NCBI GenBank assembly: GCA_012295275.1 | Contig: CM022679.1 | Location: 9,858,001 to 9,922,000, forward strand | Source: Chrysomallon squamiferum | Taxonomy: Eukaryota > Animalia > Mollusca | Reading direction: 5' to 3' | DNA length: 64,000 bases | Shown here: positions 13,101-45,702 of the stretch, in pieces | Layout of the letters: every line of letters starts with the position of its first letter | How positions within the stretch are numbered: the first letter of the stretch is position 1 | The notes under the pieces: model-generated | What the model was told of the DNA's origin: nothing | Database searches by the model: none | The model's input: the letters and a program-made list of their open reading frames with translations, nothing else | Translations under genes and position numbers: made by a program

Positions 13101-16100
13101 TTTTTTTAAAAAAATATTTTCTAAAAATATTTCCCATACATAAAATTACATCACCTGTTTACTAATTATTATAATGAAGATAAAGGAATAAAAAAAAAAT
13201 TGTGTGACATATTTTTAAATGATTTTCTTGATTTTTCAGATTCAGACTGTTTTTGGACAATTCCACATAATTATATTGAATTGTTATTTTTATTTTTTTA
13301 TTTTTAAACATTCAGCAATGCTTTCTTCATTATTGTCCTGAAGTGAATAATTAAGGTTATTAATATTTATACAAATGAATCTTTTTTTTTTTTATATATA
13401 TATTTCTTCCATTTGTCATTAAATTTTTTTTTTTTTTTTTTAATAATAATAATAATTTGAAATGTTTCTTCTTTTTTTATTTTAGTGCAATGAATCGGTT
13501 CAAAAATCTGGACAGGAAAAACACAACGGATGACTCTTCTACTGACCTCAAAACACAACACCAGAACACTATAACGTAAGCAGAAACATTTCATATCATT
13601 TGTTTCTTTTGCAAATACTAACTAAACAATTTTTAATTTAAAAGAAAATGTTTGTTGTCCAATTTTTGGGTGTTAACTCACTCATCTGAAGCTTGATTGT
13701 CCATCAGGTTATTTATTACCCTTTGAATCATTTACTTTTCTGCATGGTTTTTCAGAGAACATGGTATGTGCTGTTCTGTTAAAAAGATTTGGGGATTTTT
13801 TTTTTTTTTTTTTAATTATTGATTGATAAGGGTGTTTTATGGTATTGCAGCAGTGAACTTTTCTATTATCATTTTCAAAAAAACCAAAAAAAACCCACCA
13901 AACATACATGATTTGTAATTTTATCTTTTTACAATAATCATAATGAATTTATATTTTTCCAATCAGAATGGTTTTCACACATTTTCTAAAATCATTCATT
14001 TGCCCATGTAAACTCTTTCATATAAATTAGTATTAATATCTTATCATTAAAAATTAATATTAATATCTTTTCATGAAAATTCATATAAATAGGTGGTTTT
14101 TTTAATATAAACGTAATATCCTAACTTAATATCGTACATGTGAAGAGGTTAAAAAAAAAAAAAAATATCTGTCATTTTTTTTTTTTTAATCATTTTGTTT
14201 ATTATATTAATTTTTTTTTTTTTTTTTTTTATTTCAGTCAAGTTTCAGTTTACACAGGCACCAAAGAAAACTGTACAAAGCTGTCTACTTCTGGTGTGGA
14301 TGGCAACATCATTATCTGGGACTTAAAGGTGGGAGACTCTATTTCTAAAATGTTTCCTCTCTTTTTTTCTTTTTTTTTACTAATTATTAAACCATAGATT
14401 GAATGCATTAATATCTTTTGCTGTATACACAAATCAGAAATTTGATTTTCACATATCATTTGCCATTGTCACGTGGATTCCCCCAAGTTTAAATAGATAC
14501 AGGTCTTGGTCGTTACTACCTAGTTGGCTTATTCTAGGGGGATTAGGCAGACTGAATCAACAGTCAGGATACAAGTGACATTTACAAGTGGAAGATTCTT
14601 CCATCACATACATTCACTTCAAAAAGGTATATTTCCTCAACTCTAGGAGTAGGAAAATATGCTGTTTAAACGCAAATAATTAAGGTGCGTTAACCAACAC
14701 ATTCGGGCATTTATAATACATAATAATATTTTAACTATCAGTAAACACACAGCATCTCTGAGACATGGCATAATATATATATATATGCATATATATATAT
14801 ACATGAAAACAAAACAAAAAAGGTAAATACATCATGATAATAACGTTAACTTCGGGATGGGGTATCAGTATGTATTTTCAATTTCTTTTCTTCATTCTGT
14901 TCCAATCGTTGTTTTTCTCCTTTCACTTGAAGGAAAACAAACCTCTGACCCTCTGTCAAAATGTTGAATAACGGTACTTTTCAAATTTTGTCACCACATG
15001 TGCAAGCAAGTGCTGTAAAATAAGAACTGGTTTAAAACACGCATTTTTGTTCACAGTGGAAATCGTTTTCTGGCTGTTATGTAACAGAAAATCAAATATG
15101 AGGGAAGATGTTCAGATTTAATCTGAAGTTCCTTAATGTTTAGATCCCTGCTTAATTCCTGAAGCACAGGGGTTAACAATATTCTGACATCAGACTCTTT
15201 CTCCAGGGCATCATTATGAAGACAAACAAAAGCTGCATAGTAATTCATTCATCATCTGATAGCTGTAAAAGTAATTCTTCAGATTAGTGTGAATACAAGC
15301 ATACTGTCAGAATTTTCAGTATGTTCATTTTAAACGCCCAATTCCGTTAAGTTCCCTTAAGTTTTGTTACGAGTCCTGCCCTCTGTGGAAATTAATCTGT
15401 TATGGAATTTATAGTTATCTCAATCAACTTTTTCATGGATTCCGTGACTGCATCAGGGCATATTTTCAGTTTCTTTTCTTCATTCTGTTCCAGCCGTAGT
15501 TATTCTCCTTTCACTCGAAGCAAAACAAACCTCTAACTCTCTGTCAAAATGTTGAATAACGGTACAGTTGCAATGTCGACATCATGTTTGAGAGCAAGTT
15601 GCTGTAAAACAAGAAGTTGGAGGACTGCTTGGACAAATGCTTTTTTGTTCATAGTGGAAGATGTTTCCGCTTCTAAGCATCAGATCAGTTTTCTATCGTA
15701 GTTACAGAACAGAAAATCTAGAGGGAAGTTATTTGCGCGTAACCTGTTCTTCTCTTTTGAAATGAAATTTTTACTTTTTACATTTCTCAAAATTGGATTT
15801 TAATCTCTTTTATCCAGATATTTCCAGGCAATTTCAGTGTCTGCAACACTTGTAGAACACCATTATTGAAGAAAACCTACATCTTCCTTGAAATGAATGT
15901 ATTCACCGAATATTTTTAAGTTCCACCTGCTGCAACTCAAGCTGCTACATCTTTGAAATTAACATCTGTGGAAGCAACATCTCAAAAACCAAACATTTCA
16001 TGTTTTTGTTTTTTAATTTTGCTTTAATTTCATTGGCAAATCTTTTGGAAAGGGAATCCTGACCAACAATTTCGTCCAGACTCTCACATGTTTGTCCAAA

Positions 16101-17781
16101 GCTGTTGGACAAAAACTTTTTCCATTCCTTGTAATCCATTTCTGACTGAAGTTGAAATGACCTGTTTACCATATCCTGATGGACATATTATTTATTACAT
16201 ATTTCAGAATGAAGCAGACTGGAAAATATGTTTAGTCTATCTTTACAGGTTGTCTTATTAAACAATTATCACTTTCGTTTAGATAACACGATTTGTTCAA
16301 CATACCTCTATTTCTTGGAAACATCTCGTTTCATTTTAAATAAATAAATGAAAGAGCAATTTGTAGACTGATATCATTTTCAGTTTATGTTCTTGATTTC
16401 TGTTAAATCATGCTTTTTAATGATTAATAATGATTTGGATATCTTATACCATGTTTCTTGGAAAGAAAAATAAATGTTGTTTTGTTTGCTGTGGATTTCC
16501 TTTCTTGTTGATTTTGTCCAAATTTACATTCTTAATATTACAGATAGCTCGGCATATTCACCATCTCAAATTAAGAAATTCCCCATACAATTCCCTATAA
16601 TAAACTGTTATTTGATCTCTTTCTGCTTTAAAACGTTGTAAAATTAGCTTACATTTTTGAGGTTCGGAATTTGCCATTGCTGAAAAATTGAAAAAATAAA
16701 AGGATTGAGAGCATTAGCAGCTGTTAGCATTGCTACATTTGTTACGTTGGAATAGGCAGAATATCACAACCAATTTCACAATTGCTACTATCTAACTCAC
16801 CATTTCAGATCTGGGACCATGGCCCTAATTTTTTCTTGTCACAGGGATTTCCCTAAGTTGTAAATATATATCTGTCGTGGGCAGATTACTACCCAAGTTG
16901 CCTTCCTCTAAGGGTATCTTATATGGGATCTGTGTATGCAACATATTATAAGTACTGAATCATGTTTTTGTACACTAGAGCACAAGACACTTTTGAAAAC
17001 TGTATTCTCACTAGCATTGAACATTCAGTACAGTAGTAAAGAATAACATAGATGAATAAAAATATTGTAATCTGTCACATCAGTCACACACAGGTTAATA
17101 CAATGAAAACAGCAAATATTTTTATATAACTAGTTACCAAGGGTGTTCAGGGGATAGCGACACAGTTCTCCCTTAACTAACTCCAGGTTCTTATAAGAAA
17201 GAAAAGGGACTTGTGTTATTCGGCAATGTGTTAAGAACCTTGTCGCCAGATCATTCTGTGAAACAAGAACCTGTAACACTTACCACTCCCCAGGTGATAA
17301 TTAATCCCGCAAATTCCCAGACGTTTTATTGATTTGTTAAATCAAATCAACAGTCAGGATACAAGTGACATTTGCATTCTTCCATCACTACATTTATGTA
17401 CATATATATAAAAAAAACAGTTTTGTTTTCTTAAATAAATAGTTAAATTAAAGCCATATTTACCGTATTATTCATTTTTCTTTCATAATTTTTTTGAGTG
17501 TGTGTCCCTGAAATTAAAATATGGGGATTAAAACCTAGTATTTGTCATTTTATCTGTTTAAACATTGTAATTAATCGTTATCAGTTTTAACATTTTTATT
17601 AAAACTTGTATTGTTTTTGTTTTTTTTCTAAATGTTTATACATTTTCACTGAGAAAAAACCAAAACAGTAAGTTTTAATTAAATTTTTTAATTAAAACTT
17701 ATTGTTTTGTTTTTTCTAAATGTTGATACATTTTTCTTTTAGAGTCTTCAGAATGCTGTCCCTGGCTTGAGAATTGTGTAA
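2412..17781 (+). CDS. ARPC1A: Actin-related protein 2/3 complex subunit 1 (ARPC1A/p41-Arc, WD40 propeller), 12 coding exons, 371 aa
   Basis: Coding exons with GT-AG ends and consistent phases: 2412-2478, 2859-3010, 3891-3999, 4479-4596, 4919-4978, 5724-5830, 9551-9653, 10001-10076, 10583-10686, 13486-13575, 14238-14328, 17743-17781 (sum 1116 nt). Diagnostic peptides: [122 protein letters not shown]. Confidence 0.96.
3636..3812. mobile_element. MITE remnant with a piggyBac-like TTAA end
   Basis: CAGGACTGAAGGTG-TTAA terminus, perfect 20-nt palindrome ATGACGGAGATCTCCGTCAT (3774-3793), and inverted pair CTTCAGTGCTG / CAGCACTGAAA. Confidence 0.4.
5059..5243 (+). mobile_element. Degenerate SINE containing the Meta central domain
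   Basis: TGTGTACTATCCTGTCTATGGGAGGGTGCATAAAAATATCTCTTGCTGCTAACTGGAAAGAATA resembles the MetaSINE core as I recall it (TATCCTGTCTGTGGGATGGTGCATATAAAAGATCCCTTGCTGCTAATCGGAAAGAGTA). Confidence 0.7.
14467..17370. mobile_element. Decayed LTR-like element in the last ARPC1A intron
   Basis: Two direct repeats, each beginning TGTCAC and ending GTGACA: 14467-14580 (internally deleted) and 16837-17370. The first ~75 nt are alignable and the last 26 nt (AATCAACAGTCAGGATACAAGTGACA) are identical. No clean TSD seen. Confidence 0.6.
14845..16677 (-). pseudogene. Degenerate cargo gene: zinc-finger-like N-terminus plus two tandem PD-(D/E)xK (HsdR_N/REase-like) domains
   Basis: Minus-strand translation interrupted by stops and frameshifts: [36 protein letters not shown]...[15 protein letters not shown], and a second copy [16 protein letters not shown]...[16 protein letters not shown]. 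The DNA repeat 14875-14976 vs 15463-15565 is directly visible. Confidence 0.5.
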
Positions 17782-18077
17782 ACGTGCTGATCATTTATGC
17801 CAGAAATGCTGCAGTTAATCCTCAAAAACAGTATATGACTGTTTCTATATTAACTCTTTCACTCTTGTTTTTTCATTTAGCCCAGAATATTAGCCTTCCT
17901 TCTTGTATTTCTTTCTATATATTGGTTAAATTTTATTATCAGTAATTAATAGTTTTATAATCATTTGGTGGACTGAAGATACATTTGTCTTTAAAAAAAA
18001 AAAAAAACAGAGAGAAAAATTTCAGAAAAGCAATGAAAACAGTGTCTTATTTTGTTTTGGAGATTCCGAAAACCATG

Positions 18078-18083
18078 AATAAA
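18078..18083 (+). terminator. Candidate polyadenylation signal of ARPC1A
   Basis: First AATAAA about 300 nt after the stop codon, followed by a T/GT-rich tract. Confidence 0.5.
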
Positions 18084-21000
18084 ATTAGCTTTTTTCCATC
18101 TTAAGTTTTTATTTTTGTTTGTTAGTATCCACTTTCTGAATAGAGTGAAAACTGGAATCCTTTTTGTTTCCTTAAAGCAGTTTAATTATTTGATTTTTTT
18201 TTTTTTTTATTATTTATTTTATTATCTGAAACATTTTTCATCACAAAACAGTTAAAATTCATTAACAGAAATAATATGTTTATTTTTTGTTATTTTATTA
18301 TTATATATTGTTAAATAAGCATACCATTTTAAATGATGATAAAAAAAACAACAACCCAAAAACCAGTAGAAAATACATAAAACTATTCAATTGGGAAAGT
18401 ATAAACATTTTTATTACCAGATATATAAATAATTAACATAGTACACAAGTAATCATATTATTGATTAATACACAATTTTTTGAGTACATTATTAATGAAA
18501 TTTGATTTATAAATATATTCATGCTGTTAGGATCATTTCTGTTGCTAAATTTATTGATGCTATTAGAGTATTAGGTAAATACAAATTTTCTGGATTAATA
18601 CTGAAATACATTTACCAGTAGCATGTTTAATCAAACAAAATACACTGCAGACAATTTATTTACTAAGCACTTACTTACTATATTTAACCATGCCCTTGGA
18701 AAAAAAAAAAAATGTATGTATGTATATATACATTATGCAGTTTTAACAAGAACTGGAGAGATGCAGTTTAGCCAAACAGTGGAAAATCCTAGTAACTCAC
18801 ATTCTGTTACAACTGGAAACAATTAGGAGCTGGTTAATTATCATAACAGAATCATTTTTTTATTTGGGAAGGGTCATGTAAATTATTCATGGGCAATTTT
18901 TTTTTTTTTTTAGATTATTATTATTATTATTATTATTATTTTTTTTTTTTAACTTAAATTTATTCACAATGCAAAAATCTAAAATACAAAATTCTGTTCT
19001 AAAATTAACTGGGCACATAAATAGCTCAAAAAAAAAAAAAAAAAAAAAATAATAATCCCCGTTTTCATGAAAATGTTAGATAATATGTTGCAGTCCATTC
19101 CTATTACAGTAGAGCAGTTATCTGGGAGTATTGACCACAGAATATTGAACTACATCCTTTTACTGGTACATCAAAGACAAGAGTTCATATTTTTCATTTA
19201 AATTATTATTTTTATATATATATATCTACTATATAGGTAAAAAATCAGAATAATTCATATTTCAAGAAAGATGAGTTTTGATTAGAAAAACTACAGAACT
19301 GACAACTTATTTTTAGATTAAATTGTAAGGTTTTTCAATTTTAAAGAAAAAAATAGTTTTGTTCAATTAACTTTTTTTTAACTTTTTTTTTTTAAATATT
19401 ATTATTAACCTTTGACTATTTTGTTCTGAACGTATTATATAATTTTTCAAGTTATCACCCTCTTCAAAAATGATATGTTTCTAATAAATGTATACATTAA
19501 ATCTACTAAATAAAATTAGGTACAAGTTCCAAATTATTTTGTTACAAATTAATCTCCAGTCCAGTGAATGTAAAATGAAAACATTTTGTTTTAAAGACAA
19601 AATAAATATAGAAAGGCATATGTGTAATTTGATATACTGGTAAAACAGGAATGCATACACTCACTATATACAAAGAAAATAATGTGCATACAAAAAAGAA
19701 AATCATTACATAAACATTATACACAATTAAAATGTAAAGTTTTCCTAAAAGAAAATAAATAAAAATACATTCCAGTGAAATAAAATACAAGGAAAATAAA
19801 AAGTACATTTCATAAAACAACAAAAATTTGTTGAAAAGTAATAAATAAGCATTACCAAAGATGAATGAAAATATATTAACCAAACAAAATGATCTAATAG
19901 TAATACAGGATATGTAAAAGCTAATTGCACATTTTATGACGAGAATGAAATGATTAAATTCAAAACAGTTTTGTAGTGACTAGCTGTAACAAGAGACTTA
20001 AAATTTTTGAACTGTAAACCAGTAAAATTTTAAACTGTAAAAGAGACATTTTTTAGTGACTTAATGGGATAGTAAACAAAATATTTTTGGCAAATATATA
20101 TATATATATATTTATATATTAGCAGAGGTTTAAATGCCTTTTTTGCAATGACTAAAGTACACAGCAAATACATATAATATGTAACTGAACAAGTAAACAG
20201 AGCCAGATCTATATTTAGAAAAATATGTGGCATGTTTATTACATTATATTTTATTTAGTTTATTAACAAAACTAATCCAAATGCAAAAAAACAAAACAAT
20301 TATAAACTTGCATAAAAGTTGTAGCAAAATAAGGAGAAAAACTTCAGCAGAATTACCTAAATACAATTTTTTGCAGAAATAATACATTAAGGATTGTGGC
20401 AGATTAGGATTCTGAGCTGGGTATTCTTTCTGTTATATAGCAAATACATGTTGTATGTTACATCTGATGCTAGATTAAAACAACAACACACAAGATGGAA
20501 ACAAAAAGTACCCTGAAGAAAATGTGGGGGAATGATACATTAAATGACTTGGGTGGGGGGAAGATAGAAATGATTTAACTATGATAAATAAATTTTAAAA
20601 TTTACAAAATGAATTGTAGCAAAATTATAGCACCATTTAATTTGAAAATGATTAATAAAATAAAAATTCGATGATGACTTAAAAGAACATTTATAAAATT
20701 AAAAAAAAATATATTAATTTTAATAATGAAATACTGTAACAAATTTAGAAGAAAATAATGTACATTTTAATTGACCTCTTTTTAAAGATGTGGAAAATGA
20801 CTAGTTTTATTGATCACTGCTTAGATCTGTTTTAGTATTTTGTTAAACGAAAAACATTAAATAAAATTTAAAGTTTGTAAAATACTGTAATAAATTTTGA
20901 AAATAAATATACCCTAATACAAGAACATAAGTGACAATGACTTGTACAAAATGAGCAAGACAGAAATAAAAACAGCAGTAAAAACAATCAGCAGCATAAA

Positions 21001-22136
21001 ATCATTTTACATAATAATAATTAATCAATAGTATTGATTTTTTCAGTAAAACAAAAGACAATCCTGAGAATATTTTAGCCTATTTTAAGAATAAATATTT
21101 GCCTGTTTTAAGATTTGTTTTAATCAATCTTTTTTTAATTTTCTGATTCATAATATTTGTAAATTTATGGCAGTGACATCTTAAGGGAGATAACCCTCAC
21201 ACAAGACTTGCAAATTATTCTTTTAAAACACATTTAATTATCCAAAACAACAATACATTTTTTACCAAACCACCCAAATTTGAAACATAATTTTAAGGAA
21301 TGACTTCAAATAATAAAAAAAAAAAAAAATCATCATAAATTGTTAAAAGAGTGATTTAAACTTGCAATATGAAAAATGATATATTTACAATATACAACAG
21401 ATAATCAAATTAATTTCATATTCAATTTTATCTACATCCTAGAGACGAAACTTCAAAATGATAAAAAATAAGTTCTTTGGTTTGACTGCATAGATTGTCC
21501 TCTTCAATTCAGGCCCAGTTATTTTTTTATTTTTATTTTTTTCTTAATTCTGAAATGTGTAACAGTAATCTACATTACTTAATGCTGTCACAAGACATCA
21601 ATTTCTATTTCTGTTTGAAATGAATAATTAACTTTAGAAATTCCTTAAATTATCAGTGACAGTGTAAAAAAAAAACCCACTATATTTCTGAAAACTGACT
21701 AGTTGAATTTTGTAAAATTATAAATGAGATTTTGAAAATCATTTGACAAATGTTATTTCCCAAATACAAAGTCACATAACATTTGCACTTTCAGTATAAG
21801 AATTTTAGAATATATGTAGCATAAAATTCATTATATAAGCCTAACAACATAAATTTTTGATCCTGTATTATATGCTTTGGCATACATCATAATTTTATAT
21901 CAATAAATCCCTCGTTATATTTATGTATATTTTATCCTTGTATGTGTCACAACAAATGTGTAACATATGTCATAGATATTTTTGTCTTCAATATCCCTTA
22001 AAATCATTTACACCTTAGAAATGTGCAAAATAACCTGTGTGAAAAAGCAGTCCAATGCCCACATATTTTTTATCATTATGTCTGTCACACCAGATGTATA
22101 ACTGGATATTACTGTGTTTTTTTCACAATACCCATT

Positions 22137-22378
22137 AAAATTATTTATACCCTAGAAATAACATTTTAAAATTATTTATATCTCAGAAATGCCTTAAAAA
22201 TATTATTTACACCTGAGAAATAATACTTTTAAATTATTTATACCTCAGAAATAACATTTTAAAATTATTTATTCCTCAGAAATGACTTAAAAATATTATT
22301 TACACCTGAGAAATAATACTTTTAAATTATTTATGCCTCAGAAATGACATTTTAAAATTATTTATACCTATAAATAAG
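22137..22378. repeat. Minisatellite with a ~30-bp unit (about 8 units, ~91-bp higher-order period) just 3' of the ABCG2-A stop
   Basis: Repeated AAAATTATTTATACCTCAGAAATAACATTTT variants in a recurring three-unit pattern. Confidence 0.85.
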
Positions 22379-22448
22379 AAGAAATGCAGAAGAGTTTATA
22401 TTTTGCAAAATAATCCGATGTTTGTGACCTGCATGCCAGACACAGTTT

Positions 22449-32097
<9,649 letters not shown>

Positions 32098-33131
32098 GGC
32101 TTGTGGCTGAAAATGACGATCAATGGCGGTGCTCCGCAAATCAGCTGACGATGACAAAGAAAACTCCTATTTTCTCTAATTCGTCATGTTTCGTAGATTA
32201 TCTGGAACACTAGGTCGCTAACTTCCTGCAGGCGGCACTTTAAACTGTGCATCGAACTTGCCAACAATAACACTTTACTGGCATATGCTTATTTTTCTTT
32301 AAACATTTTCTTCCTTTTTTTTTCTTTTTACGTGACCGAATTATTTGAGCAGGTTTTTCTATTTTTATTTCCGTACTTAGTACGATTATGCAAATCATTT
32401 ATTTTTTAGTTGTAAAATGAGGATATATTCTATACCAATTAAAAGAAAACGAATCTCAATGGTAAAAATAAAAAACGTTTTAAAGATAGCTGTGACGTTG
32501 TAAAATTTATTGCTTTTCAAGGTTTTCAAAAATACGTTTTCGTGTGTAGTAGGTATTTTGACGTTTTATTTATTTTTTTTTTTTTTTAAAAGTCAGCCTT
32601 CAGTCATCTAAAATTTATTTCAAGAGATATCATTATCGATTCAGTAAAGTGTTCTTTTTTATGAAGACCTTAACAGAAGCAGATTTATTTTTTATGCATG
32701 TTTCAATTGATACATCTACATGAGATCATTCCTGAGTAAGAGTTATGGTTCGTGAATAAGTAATTTTTCTATTATTGTGATGTATACTTCTGCAGATGAC
32801 TATGTAGAGTTGTCGTTCCTGGGGGGATTTTGTAACATAAAGTTAAACATAAAAAAGATAAAAAGAAACTTAATTAATCAATATAAACTTATTATATACT
32901 ACAAATTACAACTTTGTACTTGATATTTGGAAATCAAAATGAACGTGTAAAAAAACAGGTCAAAAGGTAACTTAACAAATGGATGTATTTTATACTAATT
33001 ACATAGTAGAAAAGTATCTATTCAAAAATTCACCTTCAAAAAAGTAAAAACAAAATATTTTAAAATTTCTTTGATTATTACTAAAACTATTTTATATATA
33101 TATATATATATGCGTATTGGTCGAGAACGAA

Positions 33132-33173
<42 letters not shown>

Positions 33174-33439
33174 TATATGTAAATGTTTATAATCCGTTGT
33201 GTACATACATACATCCGATTAACCTTTCATCCATACATAAATACACATATAGGTACGTATACACACACACACACACACATATATATATACACACATATAC
33301 AAACATACAAACATGCAATCCATCTATCCATACATATATGTACTGTAGTCGCGTAAGATATATATATATATACACACATATACATATTCCTACATATGCA
33401 CATGTATATAGAGATCGATGCACACACACAGAGACACAC

Positions 33440-33594
33440 ATACACACACACACAAACACACAAACACAAATTTGAACTTTGAAGTTTCTCTTTCCATTTT
33501 TTAAAATAATAATAACAATGTATTTTCAATTTCAGGCACTCTCTGTTAATGAACTGCATGGTTTGACATTTTGTTCTGTAGAAAATGGCACACA
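33440..33594 (+). pseudogene. Inverted duplicate of ABCG2-A exon 16 with its upstream intron end
   Basis: 33536-33594 GCACTCTCTGTTAATGAACTGCATGGTTTGACATTTTGTTCTGTAGAAAATGGCACACA matches the reverse complement of 22883-22825 with one mismatch. The acceptor and about 90 nt of intron are also copied. Confidence 0.9.
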
Positions 33595-34377
33595 TATATC
33601 ACAGGAGTTTCTTCTCATTGTAAATGCAGCAAGTGTCAATATAGCTTAATCACATAATTAAAAAAAATTATTTATGACATTTCAACTCTGCACATAAACC
33701 AGAAGAAATGTTTCTGCTGTTGTTGTTGCTTTCGTAATACAAATGATAACTGTCAAAGCTTAAGACTAAGACACACACATGAAAATGTTTTACTGAATTC
33801 AGCATATGAGCTGTAACAACATTTTAAAATTGACCAGTTTAAATAACGTTTATGTAATCAGATATTTATTTAAAAAAAAAAAAAAGTCATGTATAACCAA
33901 AGGGTGTGTGTGTGTGTGTGAAAGAAAGAAAAAGTAATAATAATAGAAACAATGATGAATAAAAACTCAAGGAAATAAATTTTATTATGAATTAATGCTT
34001 TATCCTACTCATCCCCCCAGCGTGTGCCGTACATCTGCTTGGGCAAAGGGCATGTGCACTTTTATTGTTCAGTAATGTACAATGTAAGTTATAACAAAGA
34101 AATCTTATTTTAGATATCTATAACGATAATATGTCAAACATACGTAATAGATATGTAATTACACACACACTTACACACACAGGGGCGGATCTACGGAAAA
34201 TAGTGCCTATGGCATGTACTGAAGTTGCGCCGTTATCGAAACATCTGACAATTATTGTTCAGATAACTTTACCATAAAATCAGTTAAACAAATACCAGTC
34301 AGGTTTAATAGAAAATGCTCATTTTAATGTAAAACGTATTTGAAAAGAATTAATTACTGAATAGAGACTATCGCCAA

Positions 34378-34433
<56 letters not shown>

Positions 34434-34694
34434 TATAAATAAATAAAACGCTAGAGAACGAGAAACTACACAACAATCTCAATGGCGCTATTGAGGACAA
34501 GTGCAGTTGTTGACTTTCTGAACTTTGAACTCATCTCCGACGACCTTCTCATATAAATGGCACGTACATTATTATGTCTTCTTAAGATTGCCCGGTTATA
34601 CTTCAACAGCCTGTATAAGTATGGAGATGAGACAAAGTAAATGAATTTATGGAACACTTTTATTTTATTTCATATTTGTTTTATTTTATTTATT

Positions 34695-34751
<57 letters not shown>

Positions 34752-35634
34752 TCATTTCTATTTTTTTTTTTTTTTTTTTAATTTTTAATATCTGTCTATC
34801 TATCTATTTGTGATTTCATGTCTCGGCGGATGTGAACTGGTGTCTGGTATGGTTTCCTGCACTTTCTAAGTTTTAAAACAAAACTACACCGGTAATCATA
34901 TTATTATAAGCAAATGAAATAAAAGTAGGAAATCTGTCCCTTCGAACAATGTATGATGACGAAAGACTTCTGGTTATATTTATAATTCTATATAAAACAA
35001 CAAAGTAAGCATATAATTGTAAAGCTATTGTTTGTATAATATAATTTAAAAAAAAAAAAAAATAAGGAAGAAATTTGCAATTTTCGCATTATTAAGGTAA
35101 TTTTATAATCATGTACATTTAGCATATGACTATATAATTTATTAAGTATAAATATATTTTAGTTTGTAAAATCAATATTTATTGGTCGAGAACAAACGGT
35201 TTGTCGAATCAAATGAGAGCTAACAACTCCACCATAATTCACGTGACGAAGATGGAAAATGTCAAAAATTCACAGTTTAACGGCAAACACGAACCATTTT
35301 GAAAAATATGTTAAATTATTATTATTGTTGTTGTTGTTCTAAATGCACGGAACACAATAACAGTTCTACAGGAGGACGTATTTGTAATAAAAGTGACAGA
35401 AATGACGAGTCAGTCGATCTAACAGCAGTAGTTATAATTATGTTAATGTCCGTGTAATATGAACTCCATACACTAACAGCTGGCTGTGACTAAACACTTT
35501 TACCCTTAATATTATATTTAGACAGAATTTAAACTGGATATATTGGAGGTAAAGAAAAAAAGTAATACTAATTTAAAATATATATTCAAAAAATAAAAAT
35601 TGTATCCTTAGAGACGTTGTAATCGTTAAAAAGT

Positions 35635-45702
<10,068 letters not shown>

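Noticed and set aside
13316-13342. Second possible symmetric microexon (27 nt, SNAFFIIVL) in the same ARPC1A intron
   Set aside because: The phase fits, but the composition is intron-like and such a short match is expected by chance.
14581-16836. Autonomous retrotransposon (gag-pol)
   Set aside because: No RT, RNase H, protease or integrase motifs were recognised on either strand.
22137-22378. CRISPR-like appearance of the ~30-bp repeats
   Set aside because: The units are contiguous with no unique spacers, there are no cas genes and the context is eukaryotic.
32098-32187. Longer N-terminus for ABCG2-A (TTG start at 32157 or ATG at 32187)
   Set aside because: The ATG at 32187 closes after three codons (a minimal uORF at most). 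GCC-ATG at 32097 is the first usable start.
33071-33595. Overlapping 90-134 aa ORFs, and similar poly-Y/F/ER/SL/HT ORFs throughout the track
   Set aside because: These are translations of microsatellites and low-complexity intron DNA.
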